A DNA stretch of 64,000 nucleotides from an uncultured Candidatus Saccharibacteria bacterium (GTDB taxonomy: Bacteria > Patescibacteriota > Minisyncoccia > UBA6257 > 2-01-FULL-56-20): positions 539-64,538 of the forward strand of contig CAZYEL010000004.1 in the NCBI GenBank assembly GCA_964646415.1. Reading direction: 5' to 3'. A model generated the notes under the pieces. That model did not search any database. It worked only from the letters and a program-made list of their open reading frames with translations, and was not told the DNA's origin. Shown in pieces: positions 60,528 through 64,000 of this stretch; position 1 is the stretch's first letter, and every line of letters begins with the position of its first letter. Position numbers and translations under genes: made by a program.

Positions 60528-60609
60528 GAGGGTATAGGGTATAGGGTATAGAAAACACTCAACGAGCGCAACGGCTACGCCCTAGACCCTAGCCCCTAAA
60601 CCCTAGCCC

Positions 60610-60843
60610 CTACTGAATTTTTAACGCCTTCGCCAGCCCCGCCCGGTCGAATCCCACAAAAATCTCGCCATCCACGTCAATCACCGGAACACCCAGCTGG
60701 TGAGACTTCGCCACCATCTCCCCCCGCGCCTTCTCATCCTCCGCCACGTTGAATTCCTGGAATGTGACGCTGTTCTTCGTAAAAAATTCCTTCGCCATCT
60801 TGCAGTAAATGCAGGAGGGGGTGCTGTAAATGGTTACGTTCAT
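60610..60843 (-). CDS. glutaredoxin/NrdH-like thiol-disulfide protein
   Basis: 77 aa, CIYC active site, thioredoxin fold. Confidence 0.75.
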   Translation of the reverse strand: MNVTIYSTPSCIYCKMAKEFFTKNSVTFQEFNVAEDEKARGEMVAKSHQLGVPVIDVDGEIFVGFDRAGLAKALKIQ

Positions 60844-60942
60844 GGGAGTAATCGCGAATAACGCGAATTTGGATTTAATAATGCGAATCTATTTATGGTG
60901 AGCTCGTCGAACCATTTGCGTTATTTGCCTATATTAGCATTA

Positions 60943-61662
60943 TTAGCGATTACTCTTCAATGCCGCCTCAATCGCATCCGCGACGCGCGTATCATTCGGC
61001 GCAAGCCCGCGAATCTCCACGCCGTTCACGAACGTCGTGGGCGTCGCGTTCACCCCCGCTTCCCTTCCCTTCGCCGTTTCTTCCGTGACGGCCGCCGCAT
61101 TCTTCCGGTCCTGAATGCATGCCGTAAATGCTTTTTCATCAAGCTTCAATTCTTTCGCCAGACGCACGAACAATGCTTCGTTCAAATTCCCATTGTGCTC
61201 CTTCCCGTCGGCAATTTCCGCGCGGTATAAGCTGTCATGATATGCCCAAAATTGCCCCTGGTCCCGCGCGCACTCCGCCGCTTCCCCCGCCGCAAGCGAT
61301 TCGGGCCCCAAAAACTGGAAATTGCGGAATATAAGCTGCGCCTTCCCTGTCTTTACATACTTCTCGCGAATCGCCGGCTCAATATCGCTGAAGAACGTCC
61401 CGCAGAAAGGGCACTGGTAATCGCCATACTCAACCACCGTTACCGGCGCATCCTTGCTCCCAAGTATCGCATCGCCTTCCATCGCCTTAAGAAACGCTGC
61501 AGTAGCGGGAACACCTCCCGCCGCAGGACCGGGGGCAGGAACATTCTTCGCGCCCAGCACGTAGATGATGGAACCCGCGATCAAAATGCCCGCAACAAGA
61601 ATGCTCGCGGGGAGGAGCAGGTCGCGCGACGGAACCGAAGCGGTGCCGGATTGTTCGTCCAT
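60943..61662 (-). CDS. DsbA-family thioredoxin-domain protein, membrane-anchored
   Basis: N-terminal TM, CPFC motif, DsbA-like helical insert. Confidence 0.7.
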   Translation of the reverse strand: MDEQSGTASVPSRDLLLPASILVAGILIAGSIIYVLGAKNVPAPGPAAGGVPATAAFLKAMEGDAILGSKDAPVTVVEYGDYQCPFCGTFFSDIEPAIREKYVKTGKAQLIFRNFQFLGPESLAAGEAAECARDQGQFWAYHDSLYRAEIADGKEHNGNLNEALFVRLAKELKLDEKAFTACIQDRKNAAAVTEETAKGREAGVNATPTTFVNGVEIRGLAPNDTRVADAIEAALKSNR

Positions 61663-61715
61663 GCGAGTATAGTAGCAATCGGAAGAAGCGGGGTCAACCC
61701 CGTGAGAAGGCGCAT

Positions 61716-62384
61716 TCACAAAGGCCGTGCAGCCTCCGCGAGCGCATAGTCCCTCGGGAACAACTTCCGGCATATCGCAAAAATTGAATAGGTGATAAAC
61801 GGCGCGGAAAAAACATCGATGGAGTAATGAATATGCGCGAGAAGCACCGCGATTCCGAACATCAAGGCTGAAGCAAGAAAAAACAGGCGCCATGGCCGTT
61901 CACGCCAGAACACGAGCGCGAGGAGAAAAGGAAGACCGGTGTGTCCCGAAAAAAAGAAGTTTCCCTGGAACGTGAAAAGGTCGTAGAGACGAACGCCGAT
62001 ACCGTCGTCAAGCGGAATCTGTTCCGGATACACGCCGATGTGCGTGAGGCTCACAAAAAAAGAGCGAAATATCACGAAAAGCGCGATGGCTTTAACGCCG
62101 AAGAGAAGGGACTGCGGACGCGCGGCAAGCAATACCACGACCGCCGCCCAGAACAGAAGCGCCCCCTGTACTACGAGAAAATCGATATCGAGCGGCGGGA
62201 TATTATCCAAAAAAAGATCGCCCACGAAATTCGAAAGCGCGGCGCTTTTTGCCGAGTAACGCCCTGCCTGCACATGGAGCAAAAGACTCACGCCAAGCAA
62301 GAAGAGCCCAACATAGAGCGACCGCCGCCGGTCACTGTTCCAAAAGTCCCGATGGTGGGAAAGAAATTTCCGCATTACCCTCAC
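61716..62384 (-). CDS. PAP2-like membrane phosphatase
   Basis: SGHT and HYSIDV motifs, 6 TM helices. Confidence 0.55.
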   Translation of the reverse strand: MRVMRKFLSHHRDFWNSDRRRSLYVGLFLLGVSLLLHVQAGRYSAKSAALSNFVGDLFLDNIPPLDIDFLVVQGALLFWAAVVVLLAARPQSLLFGVKAIALFVIFRSFFVSLTHIGVYPEQIPLDDGIGVRLYDLFTFQGNFFFSGHTGLPFLLALVFWRERPWRLFFLASALMFGIAVLLAHIHYSIDVFSAPFITYSIFAICRKLFPRDYALAEAARPL

Positions 62385-62506
62385 ATTCTACCAAATGCGC
62401 AATGCTAATATACTAATGCATGCTAATTATGCGAATAGGCAGTAATGCTCCAGATTCGTATTATTGGTATTATTAATAGGCATTTGTATATTGGTATCAT
62501 CATTCA

Positions 62507-63109
62507 ATGGACCTCGGCGGCTTCGACCTCACCACACAGTGGATTCTCTCGCACGGATACGTCTTCATGTTCTTCGGCATGCTGGTGTGGGGGCCTCCCG
62601 TCACCGCCGCAGGGGCATTCGGCGCGGCGCTCGGTTACTTTAACCTCTGGATAGTGTTCGCACTCTCGCTCATCACGAATCTCCTCGGAGACGTGATATT
62701 CTACGCAATCGGCTATTGGGGGCGGCAGGAGTTCGTCATAAACTACGGGAAATACATCAGCATCACGAAAGCGCGCCTCCGCATTTTTGAAAAAATCGCG
62801 GAGGAGCATATCGGGAAATCGATGACCATTGCGAAGCTTGTCCCGCTCCTCGCGCTCCCCGGGCTCGTGATGATGGGAATAACCCGAGTGCCCATGAAAA
62901 TCTATGTCTGGTGGGCGGTTGTCATCGCCATCCCCAGTTCGCTCGTGTATCTCCTCCTTGGATATTATTTCGGCGCAGTATACGACACGGTTGAGCGGTA
63001 TCTTCATTTCGGCGGCGCGGTCATCGCAGCACTCATCGTCATTTTCGCGGTGGGCGCGCACGTCTCCCGCCGCATTTCACAGCGGATGGAAGAAAAAGCG
63101 CGGGAGTAA
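62507..63109 (+). CDS. DedA/TVP38 family membrane protein
   Basis: 200 aa, DedA-like G-x-x-x-(V/I/L/M)-x-x-x-x-F pattern, 4-5 TM helices. Confidence 0.7.
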   Translation: MDLGGFDLTTQWILSHGYVFMFFGMLVWGPPVTAAGAFGAALGYFNLWIVFALSLITNLLGDVIFYAIGYWGRQEFVINYGKYISITKARLRIFEKIAEEHIGKSMTIAKLVPLLALPGLVMMGITRVPMKIYVWWAVVIAIPSSLVYLLLGYYFGAVYDTVERYLHFGGAVIAALIVIFAVGAHVSRRISQRMEEKARE

Positions 63110-63120
63110 TCGCAAATACT

Positions 63121-64000
63121 ATGCGCATTGCCGTTTTCTCGGATAATTTTTACCCCGAACTCTCGGGCATCAGCGACTCCATCATCACGACCGCCCGGGA
63201 ACTCGCGGAACGGGGACACGCCATCCGTTTCTTCGCGCCCAAATACGCCCCGCGCGACTACCGCAAAGTGGGGCTGCCCCTTGAAGAACAAAATCTTCAC
63301 GAACGGATTTCAGTAACGCGCTTCTCGTCTTTTCCGTACGGGGGACCAAGCGGACAAGCGCGGATTGTGATTCCCACGGGACTCCGCACATATCTGGTAC
63401 GGCAATTCAAACCCGACATTATCCACGCCCATATGATTTTCGGCGTAGGGTTCGAGGGACTCATCGCGTCGCGAGTGCTGCAATGCCCGTTCATCGGCAC
63501 CAACCACACTCCGCTCACCGAATTTATGAAATACAGCCCGGTGCGGAGCAAGTGGTTCACCTCTCTTCTCCTTTCTTATAACAGCTGGTACTACAACCGA
63601 TGCGCCTTCGTATCATCCCCCGCATCGGAAATTTTTGAGGAAATGGGGCGCTACGGCTTCCATGCGCCGCACGCGGTGGTTTCAAATCCCATTGACTGCT
63701 CTCTTTTCCATCCTATGGATGGAGACCGGGCAACGCTCAAGCGGGAATTCGGGCTCTCACCGTTCACCATTCTTTATGCCGGGCGTCTTGCTCCGGAAAA
63801 ACGCATCGATAACCTTCTCGATGCCTTCGCAGCATGCGCGAAGAATCTCCCCGGCGCCACGGTAGCTATCGTGGGAAAAGGACCATCGGAGGCAATGCTC
63901 CGTGCGCACGCCGAGAAGCTGGGCATCGGGGACAGGGTGCGGTTCCTCGGCTTCCTTAAAAATGCCGAGGTGCTCGCGCGCGCGTACCGCGCGAGCGAGG
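63121..64000 (+). CDS. glycosyltransferase family 4 (partial, runs off the window end)
   Basis: MRIAVFSDNFYPELSGISD N-terminus typical of GT4; open to the window end. Confidence 0.75.
   Translation, partial: MRIAVFSDNFYPELSGISDSIITTARELAERGHAIRFFAPKYAPRDYRKVGLPLEEQNLHERISVTRFSSFPYGGPSGQARIVIPTGLRTYLVRQFKPDIIHAHMIFGVGFEGLIASRVLQCPFIGTNHTPLTEFMKYSPVRSKWFTSLLLSYNSWYYNRCAFVSSPASEIFEEMGRYGFHAPHAVVSNPIDCSLFHPMDGDRATLKREFGLSPFTILYAGRLAPEKRIDNLLDAFAACAKNLPGATVAIVGKGPSEAMLRAHAEKLGIGDRVRFLGFLKNAEVLARAYRASE

Noticed and set aside
60528-60609. Possible CRISPR-like array
   Set aside because: The repeats are 7-9 nt, contiguous and without spacers; no cas genes are present in the window.

Overview
This is a dense bacterial chromosomal segment of about 64 kb, roughly 57% GC, with about 70 genes; most of them are on the minus strand after ~13.8 kb. 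The gene content looks like a small-genome Patescibacteria/CPR-like organism, but that assignment is inference only.

Housekeeping genes: gyrB, secE-nusG followed directly by rpsR (bS18), groES-groEL with a CIRCE operator, a thyA-folA-pyrE-pyrF-pyrD cluster beside a cytosine-deaminase/PyrC-like amidohydrolase, argH, pyrH-like UMP kinase, pgsA, htpX, a LemA/TPM pair, and a thioredoxin-reductase/glutaredoxin/DsbA trio.

Accessory content: (i) an ECF sigma-factor operon with two ABC-2 permeases and an ABC ATPase whose coding sequence is split by an ~800-nt hairpin-rich non-coding insertion; (ii) a Cus-like Cu/Ag efflux operon (CsoR-family repressor, His/Met-rich membrane protein, membrane fusion adaptor, CusA-like RND pump, Met-rich secreted protein); (iii) an AT-rich Fic gene; (iv) an AT-rich DpnI-like methyl-directed restriction endonuclease coupled to a truncated DpnA-like methyltransferase remnant, inside an island-like stretch that ends at tRNA-Ser(GGA) next to a recombinase-like remnant and 33-bp direct repeats; (v) a 14-nt tandem-unit intergenic repeat family; (vi) a DUF4258/DUF2283 TA-like pair.

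No rRNA genes and no CRISPR arrays were seen. Coordinates of starts were adjusted to the first plausible ATG where the ORF track used upstream alternative starts.
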